From the NCBI GenBank assembly GCA_029821745.1, contig JALGSS010000001.1:1-56456 (forward strand): a stretch of DNA of 56,456 bases. Direction: 5' to 3'. Each line of letters opens with the position of its first letter. The first letter of the stretch is position 1. Source of the DNA: Candidatus Zipacnadia bacterium (GTDB lineage: Bacteria > Armatimonadota > Zipacnadia > Zipacnadales > JABUFB01). Under the pieces are notes generated by a model that ran no database searches, had not been told where the DNA came from, and saw only the letters and a list, made by a program, of their open reading frames with translations. Shown here in pieces: positions 1-10,632 of the stretch. Both the position numbers and the translations under genes were made by a program.

Positions 1-128
1 TCGCCTGTTTTATCCCTGCCGGTGGCGCCAAAGCGACAAATCCCCGTGCCGTGGCACGGTCGTTCCGTTGTCCACGCCGTGATCGGCCGTGTCCCGGTAC
101 ACTTTCGGGAGAAGGGCCTTTTTTGTCT

Positions 129-220
129 GAGCCCCGTCGGGGCGTCTGGAGATAGCCACGGGCGCGAGCCCGTGGGAACCGGGGCGTTCCGACTCCCCCG
201 TGGAGCCCCGGCGGGGCGAC
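129..220. repeat. REP-like palindromic element
   Basis: Short hairpins GCCCCGTCGGGGC, CCACGGGCGCGAGCCCGTGG and GCCCCGGCGGGGC clustered in an intergenic region. Confidence 0.5.
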
Positions 221-263
221 TGACTTGCGCCGCGAGTCGAGTTCGTGGTGAGGGAGGATCAGA

Positions 264-473
264 ATGTCCTTCATAAGGCCGGTTGCGATTGCCCTCATGG
301 GAATCGGCGTGTTCCTTGCTGTCTTCGAGGCCCTCCATGTGAAAAGGAAAGAGGTGGGCACGGGTCTTGATACGCCATGCAAGCGAATCAGTCTGTATGT
401 TGCGGTTGGCATCGGATTGTTCTTCGTGTTGGGCGGACTGATCCTGCTATTCAGTAGTTTCGATGTTTTTTGA
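264..473 (+). CDS. small membrane protein, two hydrophobic helices
   Basis: 69 aa, GGAGG RBS upstream of ATG, two hydrophobic segments. Confidence 0.6.
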   Translation: MSFIRPVAIALMGIGVFLAVFEALHVKRKEVGTGLDTPCKRISLYVAVGIGLFFVLGGLILLFSSFDVF

Positions 474-594
474 CAAGTAGGGAGGCTTCCCGCATCATTT
501 TGGTGTAGCGGGCGGGCGGCGGCAAACGCGGCGGCTGAGTCGGTCCGGAACGCGCCGAGATGAACTCGGCGGCCAACGGGACTGAGCCCATGCA

Positions 595-623
595 CGAGGG
601 GCGGGTCGATGACCCGCCCCTCG
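595..623. terminator. perfect GC-rich hairpin between convergent genes
   Basis: CGAGGGGCGGGTC-GAT-GACCCGCCCCTCG, 13-bp stem just downstream of the A2M stop; no clear U tract. Confidence 0.45.
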
Positions 624-641
624 CGTTGATGCGGTCGGCCG

Positions 642-3600
642 TCAATCCACGATCTTGATGACGTGCTCGTCGCTGTTGGCGCGGAGTTCGGGGACGTACA
701 TGCCGTAAAGGACCGACGGCAGGGCGTGGAAGATGCCGGGGACCTCGGCGCGGAGGCGATAGCGGAGCAGGTGCGCGCCCTGGCCGAGGCTCCGGACGAA
801 GAAGACCACCTTCTCGTCGCGGAGTTCCATGTAGGAGGTGAAGCCCTCCTGGCCCTTGGCGCCGCTGGTGACCTGGGTGGGCTCGCAGCCGGCGGGCTTC
901 ATGTCCTCGAAGCACAGATACGTGTAGTCGTTGTCGCTCTTGACGCGGAGTTCCACCTGGATGACGTCGCCGCTCTTGAGCGTATCGCCGTCGTTGACGG
1001 GCACGCGCTTGTAGCGGAGCCGCTTCTCGATGAGTTTCTGGCCGTCCGATCCCTCGACTTCGACCTCGTAGGGAATCTGGACGAGTTTGAAGTACGTCCG
1101 GTCAACCTTCAGTTCGTGCCCGGCGGCGGTGATGTGTTCCTCCTTGCTGAAGTAGCGGAGGTAGGTGTTGAAGTAGAGCGCGCCGGGGCCGTCCTTGGTG
1201 ATCTTCAAGGTGTGCTTGCCGCCGGAGAGCGCAACGCCCTGAAGGATGAACCGGTTGTCGAAGGTGAAGAAGTTGTCCTTGTTGATCTTGACGGTCTTCA
1301 CCACGGCGCCGTTGTCGAAGTTCAAGGTGAGGGTGTAGTCGGGTTTGCCCTCACCGGACTTGACGACGAAGTCGCTCATGGCGGCGAGGCACATCGTGGT
1401 ATCGCGCGTGGAGCGCCAGTAGTAGCCGTTGCGGCGGTTGTTGAGGAGCCACTTGACGAGTTTCGGCGCCACGTCGCTCTTCGGCTCGAGCCGGACGATG
1501 GCCCGGAGCACCATCGCGTTGGTCTCGATGTCGGAGTTCCACCAGTACCACCAGCCGCCGCGCGGCGTCCGGAACCAGGCGACCTCGGTCTCCTTGTTCT
1601 CCTCCTTGTACTGCATGATGTTGCGCAGGACGATGCGCGCGCGTTCGGTGTCGTCGAGGTTGGCCTGCGCCATGGCCAGGAGCGCCTTGCCGTAGAGGCC
1701 GAGTTTGTCGCGGTCGGTGTAGAGGCGTTCGATGAGATCGCCGGGCCGTTTGTCGCCCTTGGCCGGTTTGATGACCGCTCTCTTCTTGCTGAGCGAGAGG
1801 ACGTAGGCGACGTAGGCGTGTGAGGCGTGGACGGACCAGTGCTTGTCGCGCATCCGCCCCTCCTCCCAGCGCTTGAGGAAGTTCATCCCGCGGTTGATCA
1901 TTTGCTGGTCCACCGCGACATCGCACTGCGAGGCGGTCACAAGCGCCCAGAGGACGTAACTGGTCATGTAGCCGCTCGACTGGCCGCTGGTCCACCAGCC
2001 CCAGCCGCCGTCACCGTGCTGCATGTTGCGGATGCGCGCGAGGCCCCGCTTGACCATCTTGTCGAGTTCGCCGGAATCGAAGATCGGGTGGTTCCAGTAG
2101 ATGGACAGGTTCTCGCCCTTCTCGATGCGTCGGATCTCCTGCATACGCCCGCGGATCTTGCGGACGTCGTCGAGGTTGATGCCCATGTTCTGAAGGGTCT
2201 TGAGCGTGAGGACGCACGAGACGAATCGGCTCATCGTCTGCTCGGTGCAGCCGTACGGGTAGTGGATGACGTAGGGCAGGGCATCCATCATCGCGCCCAC
2301 GAGGCTCGGCGCGTACTGGACCTCGAGGCGGGTCAGTTCGGGCCGGCGCTTTTCGGGGACGTTCAGTTCCACCGTGACGGTCTTCTTCTGTTCGTCCGGC
2401 CGCATCGAGCCGGTGGTGGCCACCTGCTTGGTGATGCCGTGGACGAGGACGGGGAAGACCATCGCCATCGCGTCGGATTCCTCGTCGGTGAGGGCCTTGA
2501 CGGTGAGTTTCGCGGTGCCCTCCTTCAGGACCTTGACGCGCCAATCGACGCGCGTCTCGCCGCCGGCGGCGACCTTCACATCGACGGTGGCCGCCGTCGT
2601 GCCGATCATCTTGAGCAGGTCGGCCGGCACGTCGAGGCTCACCCGCGCGGTCTTCTCGGTCTTCAGATAGTTGTGGACGTTGGCGCTGATGACAACCTCG
2701 TCGTACTCCATGAAGAACCGCGGCGCCTGGAGCCGGACGAGGAGGTTCTTCGTGGTGATAGCCAACGTGTCGGCCTGGCCGACCTTGGTCGCCTTCGTCA
2801 TGCCGAAGGCGTTGACCTTCCAGGTGGTGAGGTTCTCGGGCATCTGGAAGGAGGCCTTCGCCGTGCCGTCGGGACCGGTGGTAAGGGTGGTGAGCCAGAG
2901 GGCGGTATCGGCGAACTTCTGGCGGACCTCGGCCTCGACGAAGTCGGGCCCGGTGCCGGGCGCGCCGCCCTGCTTCTTATCGGCAAGCGACCGCCGCGCC
3001 CGGCCCCTCTCCATCGGCGCCGCACCCGGGAGCGCGGCTGCCGCAACTGCCCCGTCGGCCATGGCGTACGACGCATTCTGCTCCAACCCCAACCGCTTGC
3101 CGGATTTCCGCAGCGCGCCGTCCTTGTCCCAGCCGTACGACCAGCCCTTCAGTTCCTCGTCGCCGACGGTCCGCCAGTCGCCGACGGCAGCCCCCCAGAT
3201 ACCCCACCACGACGCCGGGTACGGATGCAACTGCTGGAACGGCCGTTGGACGTAGCCCCAGGCGCTGAACTGATCCGCGAGGTTCGTCCTCATCTGCGCG
3301 TAGTGATGCCGCACGTTGCCGTGGAAGAACTTCGCAATCGGCGGCGTGTACTCGCTCTGGATGTAGAGGACGGACTTGTCGAAGGCGCTCAGGACCACCT
3401 GGGCGTCCCTGGCCGGTTCGCCCTTCAGCGTCTTCGCGGTGACGGTCACGGTGGCCTTCTCGCCGGGCTTGTACTCGGCCTTGTCGGTCGTGACGGAGAC
3501 CTTGACGATCCCCTCGGCCGGCGGGACGCAGATGCGCTTGGACTGCTGGTGGACGCGCGTGGCCGCCACGGTGGTCGCCTCGACGAAGAAGTTCGGCTGA

Positions 3601-6600
3601 TGCTGCCGCTTGATGGGCACGTCCACGACCGTGTGGCGCGTCGGCAGGTGCAGCAGCCGATACGAGAGGAGATGGTTGTCGTCCACGTCGTCGCCGAAGA
3701 GGACGTAGGCGTTGTCGTGTTTGGCGTTGATCATGACGTGGGCGACTTCGCCGGGCTTGTAGGTCCGCTTGTCGGTGATGAGTTCGAGGTTGTTGAAGCG
3801 GTAGAGCCGGCCGTCGAAGTCGCGGCCGCACACCCAGACGAGGCCGTAGCCGGTGACCACGCCGCCCCAGGCGTCGGGCGCCTCGAAGGTGATCTTGAGT
3901 TGCCCGCTCTTCTCGTGGCGGAGGCGGAACTCGAGGAGGCCGCGCTCGTCGGTCGCCGCCTTCCAGCGCTTCAGTTCCGTCTCGTCGATGCGGGCGTTGT
4001 CCGGCCCACCGAAGACCACCTCCGAGACGGTGACGAGGCCCTCGGTCCGGACGGGCTTGTTGTCGGGGGTGAGGCAGCGGACGCGGATGACCATCTCCTC
4101 GCCCGGCCGGGCGTAGCCGCGGTCCGACTGGATGAAGGCGTAGTAGGCCTGTCGCGTGACCTTGACGGCGCCGGAGCCGGTGATGACGCGCCGGCTGGCG
4201 TCGCGCACCTCCGCCTCAATGACGTAGCGGTGGTCGCGATCGGGGTGGTCGCGCAGCGCGGCCTTCGTGTCGATCTCGACCTTGACGGTGCCGTCCTTCC
4301 CGATGTGGGTCTCGCCCTGCTGGACGAGTTCACGCACCGGGTTCGGCGCGCTCCCGCCATACCAGCGCCACCACCACGGCGGCGGCGCCCAGCAGCACTT
4401 CACCCGACCCCACCACGGGAACCACGGATGCGAATACCAGCCCCAGCCGTAGCCCTGGCCGTACAACCAGTCCCACTCGCCCGGGAAGTAGTACCGATGC
4501 GTGTACTCCTCGCGGAAGACCTTGTACTTGACGCTCGCCTCGGTGACCGGGCCGCCGAAGTAGTAGGTGGCCTTGATGACGGCGGTCACCGTATCGCCCA
4601 ACTTCGTGTGGGTCTTGCCCGGCTCGACGGTGACCTCGAACTCGGGCTTCTTGTACTCCTCGACGCGGAAGTTCTGCCCGCCGGCGTAGGTGCGGCCGTG
4701 GATGGTGATGCGATAGACGCCCAGCGGCGGCTCGGCGCCGAGCGTGAACGCGCCGTCGATCCCGCCGTACTGGTCGGCGTGCTTCGAGGCGGCGGCGACC
4801 TTGTTCCCACGCGGGTCGTAGATCGTCAGCGACACGTTCCGCCCCGGCACGTTCTGCAGGATGCCGTTCTGCATCTGCCGGAGCCAGACCTTGTACTTGA
4901 CCGTCTGCAGCGGGCGGTACACCGGCCGGTCGGTGATGCAGTAGGCGAAGAGCCCCTCGCGCATCCGTGAGGGTGAGTAAACGTCCCAGTAACTCATCCC
5001 GCTCCACGCGAGCCGCTGCGCGCCGGCATCCACGAGGACGTGCAGGCTGCCGCGGTCCTTCTTCGGATACGCCAGGAGCGCCATCCCCTCCTTGTCCGTG
5101 ACGAGGTGGTGCATCTCCTTGTAGTAGGTGCTCTTGCGCTTCGTGCGGTCCCAGACGCTCCAGACGCGGACGACGTCCACCTTCGCCTCCGGGACGGGCG
5201 CGCCGGTCGTTGCGTCGGCGATGAAGTAGAGGTTGCCCTGCTTGACCTTCTTCTCGACGAGCGCCAGGTCGGTGAGGACGAACACGGCTCGGCTGTCGCC
5301 GATCTTCAAGAGGGCCGTTCCCGCCTTGTCGCTGTGGGCGATCGGCGGCTCCTTGAGATACGCATAGACGAGATAGCCGCCCCGCCCCTTGAGCGGCGTC
5401 TGCAGCATCGCCTGCGCGTAGCGATGGGTGCCGTCGTTCTTGACCTCGTCCGACCACCGCGCGACCTCCCGGCCGACGTACTTCGCCGCGAGGCCCTGGA
5501 GCCAGTTCCTGGGGTGATAGGGCTGCACGAAGTAGTTGTGCCAGTAACTCAGGCTGCCGAAGCCCTTGAGCCCCTTGTACTTGTCGATCTTCTGGTTGCG
5601 GATGTGATTCATGAAACCGACGTGGTCGATCTGGCGGGCGACGAACCAGACCTTCGAGGTGTTGCGGTAACTGACCTGGAGTTTGGCCGGCTCGCCGGGC
5701 AGTTGGACGCCCGTCTGGCTGATGCGGACCTGCGGCTGTCTGATGCGCTTGATCTGCTCGTTGGCTGCCTTAATCCGCTTGCTCTTTGCGAATTGCCTCT
5801 TGAGAACGCCGTACTGCGCGAGCGCCGTGAGGTACTGCTGCCGGCTCTGGTGGTAGAGGCCGACGGCGTACTGCGCCTCGTCCGCCACGCCGCTGGTGGC
5901 GTAGTCGCCGACGACCAGCCGCAGGAGCCCCAGGACGTTCCACTGCCTCGGCAGCGTGACCTTGCGGATCTGCCCACCGACCAGCACGATCGCCTCGCCG
6001 TCCTTCAACTCCCACGGGTTGTACGCCTCCAACGCCTCTTTAAGCGGATACGTGCCGCCCCAGTAGTACATCCCCGCGTACGAGTTGAGGCGATCCATCC
6101 CGAAGCGCGACCGGGCGAGCATCGCCTGGCGGTACCAACTCAGGCCCACGTACTGCCGGTTCTCCGTCGTGTCGAGGTCGCGCGCTTCCTTCAGCAGGGA
6201 GAGGATCTTCTGGTCAACCGAGAGGGTCGCGGCGTACGCCTTCGGCGCGGTGGGGAAGATGGGCTTGCCGTCCGGGCCGACGCGCAGACCGATGGGGCGC
6301 TTGCGGCGCTGTTGCCAGTAACTGTGGTACTCGCTGAAGTCCTTTTCGCCGGCCGTCTCGGCCAGGAATTCGTCCCGCTCGCCCCAGAAGGCGTGCCAGA
6401 ACTGGTACGAGTTCTCGTAGATGCCGAACCGCGCGCAGACGCCCGCCAAGTCGAAGAGGCACTCGACGCGTTCATTGTGCCAGTTCGCCCGCTCCTTCTC
6501 GGGCAGGACGGCGAGGGCGTCTTTCGTCGTATCGTAGTGGGCGTACAGATCGCGCGCGCGCTCGAGGTGTGCGACGGCGTGCCGCTTGTCGTACTGATAC

Positions 6601-7019
6601 GACCGGACCCGGATGCCCTGTTTCCACTGGGCCCGATGGAATGTGCCGCCCGCTCGCGTGCCCCAGTGGGGTATCATCATGTAGAGGTTGCCGGCCAGGC
6701 GTTCCGCTCGCGCCTCGTAGGGCGTCGCCTTGCAGCGCTTGATGTAGGCCTGCGCCGCCTCGATGGCCGGGTCGAACAGTTGCAGCCGCAGTCTGCAGAT
6801 GATGACCCGCTCGCTGGCGTGGCGCCATTTCGCGTGTTTCGGCGCCTTTGCCAGCAGCCGCTGATAGGCCGCCGCCGCCTCCTTGTAGTTCTTCTCCTCG
6901 AAGAGCGTGTCCGCCCTCTTGAGGATCGTCGCGGGGTCCGGATCGGCCGCCCCGACCACTACCGGCACCATCAGCACCGCCAGACACACCCCACACAGCG
7001 CGATTCGCCTGCCCACCAT
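642..7019 (-). CDS. bacterial alpha-2-macroglobulin family protein with signal peptide and N-terminal TPR-like repeats
   Basis: Start MVGRRIALCGVCLAVLMVPVVVGA (signal peptide) with GGAGAAGG RBS; MG2 motif ITDRPVYRP; FRVEEYKKPEF; thioester motif YPYGCTEQ; C-terminal MYVPELRANS. The ORF-track extension to 7940 crosses the tRNA and is not real. Confidence 0.92.
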   Translation of the reverse strand: MVGRRIALCGVCLAVLMVPVVVGAADPDPATILKRADTLFEEKNYKEAAAAYQRLLAKAPKHAKWRHASERVIICRLRLQLFDPAIEAAQAYIKRCKATPYEARAERLAGNLYMMIPHWGTRAGGTFHRAQWKQGIRVRSYQYDKRHAVAHLERARDLYAHYDTTKDALAVLPEKERANWHNERVECLFDLAGVCARFGIYENSYQFWHAFWGERDEFLAETAGEKDFSEYHSYWQQRRKRPIGLRVGPDGKPIFPTAPKAYAATLSVDQKILSLLKEARDLDTTENRQYVGLSWYRQAMLARSRFGMDRLNSYAGMYYWGGTYPLKEALEAYNPWELKDGEAIVLVGGQIRKVTLPRQWNVLGLLRLVVGDYATSGVADEAQYAVGLYHQSRQQYLTALAQYGVLKRQFAKSKRIKAANEQIKRIRQPQVRISQTGVQLPGEPAKLQVSYRNTSKVWFVARQIDHVGFMNHIRNQKIDKYKGLKGFGSLSYWHNYFVQPYHPRNWLQGLAAKYVGREVARWSDEVKNDGTHRYAQAMLQTPLKGRGGYLVYAYLKEPPIAHSDKAGTALLKIGDSRAVFVLTDLALVEKKVKQGNLYFIADATTGAPVPEAKVDVVRVWSVWDRTKRKSTYYKEMHHLVTDKEGMALLAYPKKDRGSLHVLVDAGAQRLAWSGMSYWDVYSPSRMREGLFAYCITDRPVYRPLQTVKYKVWLRQMQNGILQNVPGRNVSLTIYDPRGNKVAAASKHADQYGGIDGAFTLGAEPPLGVYRITIHGRTYAGGQNFRVEEYKKPEFEVTVEPGKTHTKLGDTVTAVIKATYYFGGPVTEASVKYKVFREEYTHRYYFPGEWDWLYGQGYGWGWYSHPWFPWWGRVKCCWAPPPWWWRWYGGSAPNPVRELVQQGETHIGKDGTVKVEIDTKAALRDHPDRDHRYVIEAEVRDASRRVITGSGAVKVTRQAYYAFIQSDRGYARPGEEMVIRVRCLTPDNKPVRTEGLVTVSEVVFGGPDNARIDETELKRWKAATDERGLLEFRLRHEKSGQLKITFEAPDAWGGVVTGYGLVWVCGRDFDGRLYRFNNLELITDKRTYKPGEVAHVMINAKHDNAYVLFGDDVDDNHLLSYRLLHLPTRHTVVDVPIKRQHQPNFFVEATTVAATRVHQQSKRICVPPAEGIVKVSVTTDKAEYKPGEKATVTVTAKTLKGEPARDAQVVLSAFDKSVLYIQSEYTPPIAKFFHGNVRHHYAQMRTNLADQFSAWGYVQRPFQQLHPYPASWWGIWGAAVGDWRTVGDEELKGWSYGWDKDGALRKSGKRLGLEQNASYAMADGAVAAAALPGAAPMERGRARRSLADKKQGGAPGTGPDFVEAEVRQKFADTALWLTTLTTGPDGTAKASFQMPENLTTWKVNAFGMTKATKVGQADTLAITTKNLLVRLQAPRFFMEYDEVVISANVHNYLKTEKTARVSLDVPADLLKMIGTTAATVDVKVAAGGETRVDWRVKVLKEGTAKLTVKALTDEESDAMAMVFPVLVHGITKQVATTGSMRPDEQKKTVTVELNVPEKRRPELTRLEVQYAPSLVGAMMDALPYVIHYPYGCTEQTMSRFVSCVLTLKTLQNMGINLDDVRKIRGRMQEIRRIEKGENLSIYWNHPIFDSGELDKMVKRGLARIRNMQHGDGGWGWWTSGQSSGYMTSYVLWALVTASQCDVAVDQQMINRGMNFLKRWEEGRMRDKHWSVHASHAYVAYVLSLSKKRAVIKPAKGDKRPGDLIERLYTDRDKLGLYGKALLAMAQANLDDTERARIVLRNIMQYKEENKETEVAWFRTPRGGWWYWWNSDIETNAMVLRAIVRLEPKSDVAPKLVKWLLNNRRNGYYWRSTRDTTMCLAAMSDFVVKSGEGKPDYTLTLNFDNGAVVKTVKINKDNFFTFDNRFILQGVALSGGKHTLKITKDGPGALYFNTYLRYFSKEEHITAAGHELKVDRTYFKLVQIPYEVEVEGSDGQKLIEKRLRYKRVPVNDGDTLKSGDVIQVELRVKSDNDYTYLCFEDMKPAGCEPTQVTSGAKGQEGFTSYMELRDEKVVFFVRSLGQGAHLLRYRLRAEVPGIFHALPSVLYGMYVPELRANSDEHVIKIVD

Positions 7020-7417
7020 TCGCCTTCTCCCTCGTGACAGACCATGCCCGGCCGGCCCCGGCCGGCGGCGCGTTTCGCTCTCGTACTGCTTCAATAGACG
7101 CCCCGCCCGGCCGCGGGTTCCCGTGAAAATCCACTTGCCCTCGAAACGCCGGGACCGCCTGGAGACGCCCCCGTACCCAAGCCCTGCCGCCTGCGGCGGG
7201 GACCGCACGGCCGGGCAAGACCGGCCGTGGTACAGGGAACCCAAGCCCCGCCGCCTGCCGTTCGGCCCCGAGCACCCTTCGGGTCTGAGCCTCAGGGTCG
7301 AAGACACGGCCGAGGGGCGGCGGGGACAGCGTGTCGGCACCGTGCGGAGACGAGTTCCCCCTGCACCGGACGAAGGCGTTCGAGGCGCACGGCCCCCTCC
7401 CCCCCCGCGAAACGGAC

Positions 7418-7446
7418 TTGACTCGCACCCGCCGGGGGAGTAGATT
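7418..7446 (+). promoter_or_regulatory. sigma70-type promoter of tRNA-Ser
   Basis: TTGACT-17 bp-TAGATT about 35 bp upstream of the tRNA. Confidence 0.65.
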
Positions 7447-7481
7447 CCCCACGACCGAGACAGTCCTCCTCGATACCCGGC

Positions 7482-7887
<406 letters not shown>

Positions 7888-8928
7888 GGCCGGCTGCCAG
7901 AATCCCCAGGAAAGCGCTTGGCTGGCCCCTGGACGAACACGGACCAGCCCCCCGCCTCTTGTGTGGCCCCCCCCGCGGGGGGGGCTGCTCGGCTTTCGGG
8001 CTGGCCGACCTCAGCATCACATGCACGGTGTCTTGAGGATTGTTCGGCCCTTCTTGCCCCGCCATCGGCACCTGAGCGAACCTATCCAACTGAGGTCGGG
8101 GGCCCCCCGAAGGCGTTGCCAGCGGTGGACCCGTAGCGGCGTGACATGATTCGAGAGCGATCGTCGGGCCGTGAAGGGCGACAGTGAGACGGTGCGGACG
8201 CGCAAGGGCATCTGCCTCAGCATCAAGCGGCTGCTTGATATGTCGACTGCCGAGGCCGAGGCCCGGCGCCGTCTCGACCGTGCGTGCGAAGCCTGACGCA
8301 GGCGCCGACGAGTACCCTCCTTCCCTGCTTCCCTGCTTCGGCCGTTGAGCGTCTGAGCAATGCTCCCAGAGCATGCTGCGGCGTGCGAACCCGCCGAGGT
8401 GTGCTCCAGGTACGGGATCGAGTGCCACCGGTCCGCGCCCCGTCGTATCGCGGCGACTTGCACGCACGGAGGCTATCCGTGTGACGCCGGCCGACGCGGT
8501 CCAATGGGACCCACAGCGGCTGACGTTTGAGCCACGCCCCCGGGGTCGCGATGGGTCCCGCTGCAGAGTTACCCCTCGCCTCCACGTGGGGTTTTCTGAG
8601 GCTGAACCCGCCAGTTCCGCAATCGCTTCTGGATGACTTCGCTTCGGCGGCAAACGGCCGCCCGACCCTCTCTTGATGGTGTCGCAACGGGGTGCCGGCA
8701 TCGTGTTTTGGCTGGTGGGGGCGAGGTGCGATGTCCGTTGTTCGTGGAGCCCACCAGAAGACGCCCTGACGCACGCGAGGGGGCACGTACGTGCTTGGCG
8801 GCCATGCGGGGGCGCTCGCGTGGTTGTGAGGGGCGCCCACGGCCCTGAAACGAGTCCTCCTGGGGCCGGCCTGGGCCTGTCCGACCTCACGACACAGGTT
8901 TCCGAGCGGCAGCGATGGCCGACGGGGC

Positions 8929-8958
8929 TTGACGGACCCTCCCCCGATTAGGCATAAT
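8929..8958 (+). promoter_or_regulatory. putative sigma70 promoter of the hsdR-mrr cluster
   Basis: TTGACG-18 bp-CATAAT. Confidence 0.4.
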
Positions 8959-9037
8959 GGCGTCTCTTGGCCGCCGCTCAGATGGTTGTGACGCGCACTG
9001 GCCCCGACAGGCGGGGAATGGGGTGCGGGCCGTGCCG

Positions 9038-9703
9038 ATGACGGAAGCGGATACCTGCCGGACGTACGTCCTGCCCAAGCTGTACGCCGCCGGCTGGACG
9101 GATGACCAGATCCGTGAGCAGCGCACGTTCACGGACGGGTGCATCGTGGCCGCTGGCAAGAAGGTCCGCAGGCGGAAGCAGAAGCGGGCGGACTACCTCC
9201 CCTACTAGCGACCGGACTTCAAGACCGCCGTCGTGGAGGCGAAGGCGGCGTACAAGAACGCCGGTGACGGCCTCCAGCAAGCGAAGGACTGCGCGCAGAT
9301 CCTGGGTCTCACCTTCTGCTACGCCACCAACGGCACCGGCATCATCGAATTCGACTTCACGACCGGCACCGAGCGGGAGATCGACCGATTCCCGGAGCCA
9401 GAGGAGCTCTGGCGGCGCTACCGACAGAAGCAGGCCATCGAGGACGACGAGCAGGCGGAGCGGCTCCGCAAGGAGAAGACAGACTTCTTCGACGAGTACG
9501 GTCCAGGGGCTCGGGAGATCCTCGGCGAACTGCTGGAGAAGTACGCCGAACACGGCGACGCGCAGTTCAAGATCCCCGACGTGCTGGAGGTGCCGCCGAT
9601 CAGTCGGCACGGTGACGTTATCGAGATCATCGACATGTTCGGCGGTGCCGACCGGCTCCGTAAGGCCGTGACGGAGTTGCAGGCGCTGCTGTACGCCGCT
9701 TAG
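9038..9703 (+). pseudogene. hsdR: type I restriction subunit R (EcoEI-like), internal stop and helicase domain deleted
   Basis: MTEADTCRTYVLPKL..GW, RADY, VVEAK, YATNG nuclease motifs; in-frame TAG at 9206-9208; joined directly to the C-terminal tail LLEKYAEHG...FGGADRLRKAVTELQALLYAA. Confidence 0.85.
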
Positions 9704-9713
9704 GAGGGCCACC

Positions 9714-10613
9714 ATGGCGAAGATGCCTATCGAGCGCATCGGCCAGATAGTGAAAGCCGTTCTCGTCGAACTGCGCGACCTCGAGGAGCCAACGAGACTG
9801 AGAGTCCTTCTGGAACTGGCGGAACCGAAACTGAGCCTCACGGACCACGAGAAGGCAACGCTTGAGGTCTCTGGCTACATCCGTTGGCACACGATTGTTC
9901 ACTTCTACTCGATAGACTGCGTGAAGGCCGGATACCTCACGAAATCGGGCGGAAGGTGGAGCCTTACGGATCAGGGAAAGGCAGCGTTGGAGGCGCCCGC
10001 GGGCGACTTCATCCGCTCCGCTCAAGCCAAGTACCGAGCCTGGCGACGTGCTCACCCGAGGAAGAAGTCGGATTCGAGCGAGGAGGAAGACGAGGAGAAC
10101 GCCGAAGAGATCGTGCGCCAGATCTCCTACGATCAGGCGGTGGAGCATGCCGGAGAGGGAATCGAGGCCCACGTCTTCTCCCTTGGACCGTACGACTTCC
10201 AGAAACTCGTGGCCGAACTCCTGCGCGGCATGGGCTATCACGTGCGCTTCGTGGCGCCACCCGGACCGGATGGCGGCATCGACATCGCCGCCTATAGCGA
10301 CCCTCTCGGCACCACCTCACCCCGAATCCGCGCCCAGGTGAAGCACCGTCGTGACAACAAGGTCACTGTCAAGGAGGTGCGAGAGCTGGAGGGGGTCCTG
10401 CGAAAGGCCGACGACATCGGCCTGATCGTCTCCTCGGGTGGGTTCTCCTCGGAAGCCTTGCGGGAGATCCAGGTCTCAACGAAGCACATCGAGACAATGG
10501 ACCTGGACCGGTTGATCACGCTCTGGCAGCAGCACTACGACGAGATCAGGGAGCAGGGCAAAGCGCTCTTGCCGCTGGTCAAGGTGCACTTCCTGGCACC
10601 GGCTGAGGAGTAG
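9714..10613 (+). CDS. mrr: Mrr-family (type IV) restriction endonuclease
   Basis: N-terminal wHTH (KAGYL..SGGRWSLT); catalytic domain FQKLVAELLRGMGY, DGGIDI, QVKH, GLIVSSGGFS. Confidence 0.88.
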   Translation: MAKMPIERIGQIVKAVLVELRDLEEPTRLRVLLELAEPKLSLTDHEKATLEVSGYIRWHTIVHFYSIDCVKAGYLTKSGGRWSLTDQGKAALEAPAGDFIRSAQAKYRAWRRAHPRKKSDSSEEEDEENAEEIVRQISYDQAVEHAGEGIEAHVFSLGPYDFQKLVAELLRGMGYHVRFVAPPGPDGGIDIAAYSDPLGTTSPRIRAQVKHRRDNKVTVKEVRELEGVLRKADDIGLIVSSGGFSSEALREIQVSTKHIETMDLDRLITLWQQHYDEIREQGKALLPLVKVHFLAPAEE

Positions 10614-10632
10614 ACCATCGTTCTGGTGGCCA

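Noticed and set aside
663-7037. Long plus-strand ORFs (386, 1047, 665 aa)
   Set aside because: Antisense shadows of the A2M gene caused by high-GC codon bias
7900-8950. Several overlapping ORFs after attL
   Set aside because: Arg/Pro/Ala-rich with no recognisable motif; at most a gene remnant near 8150-8295
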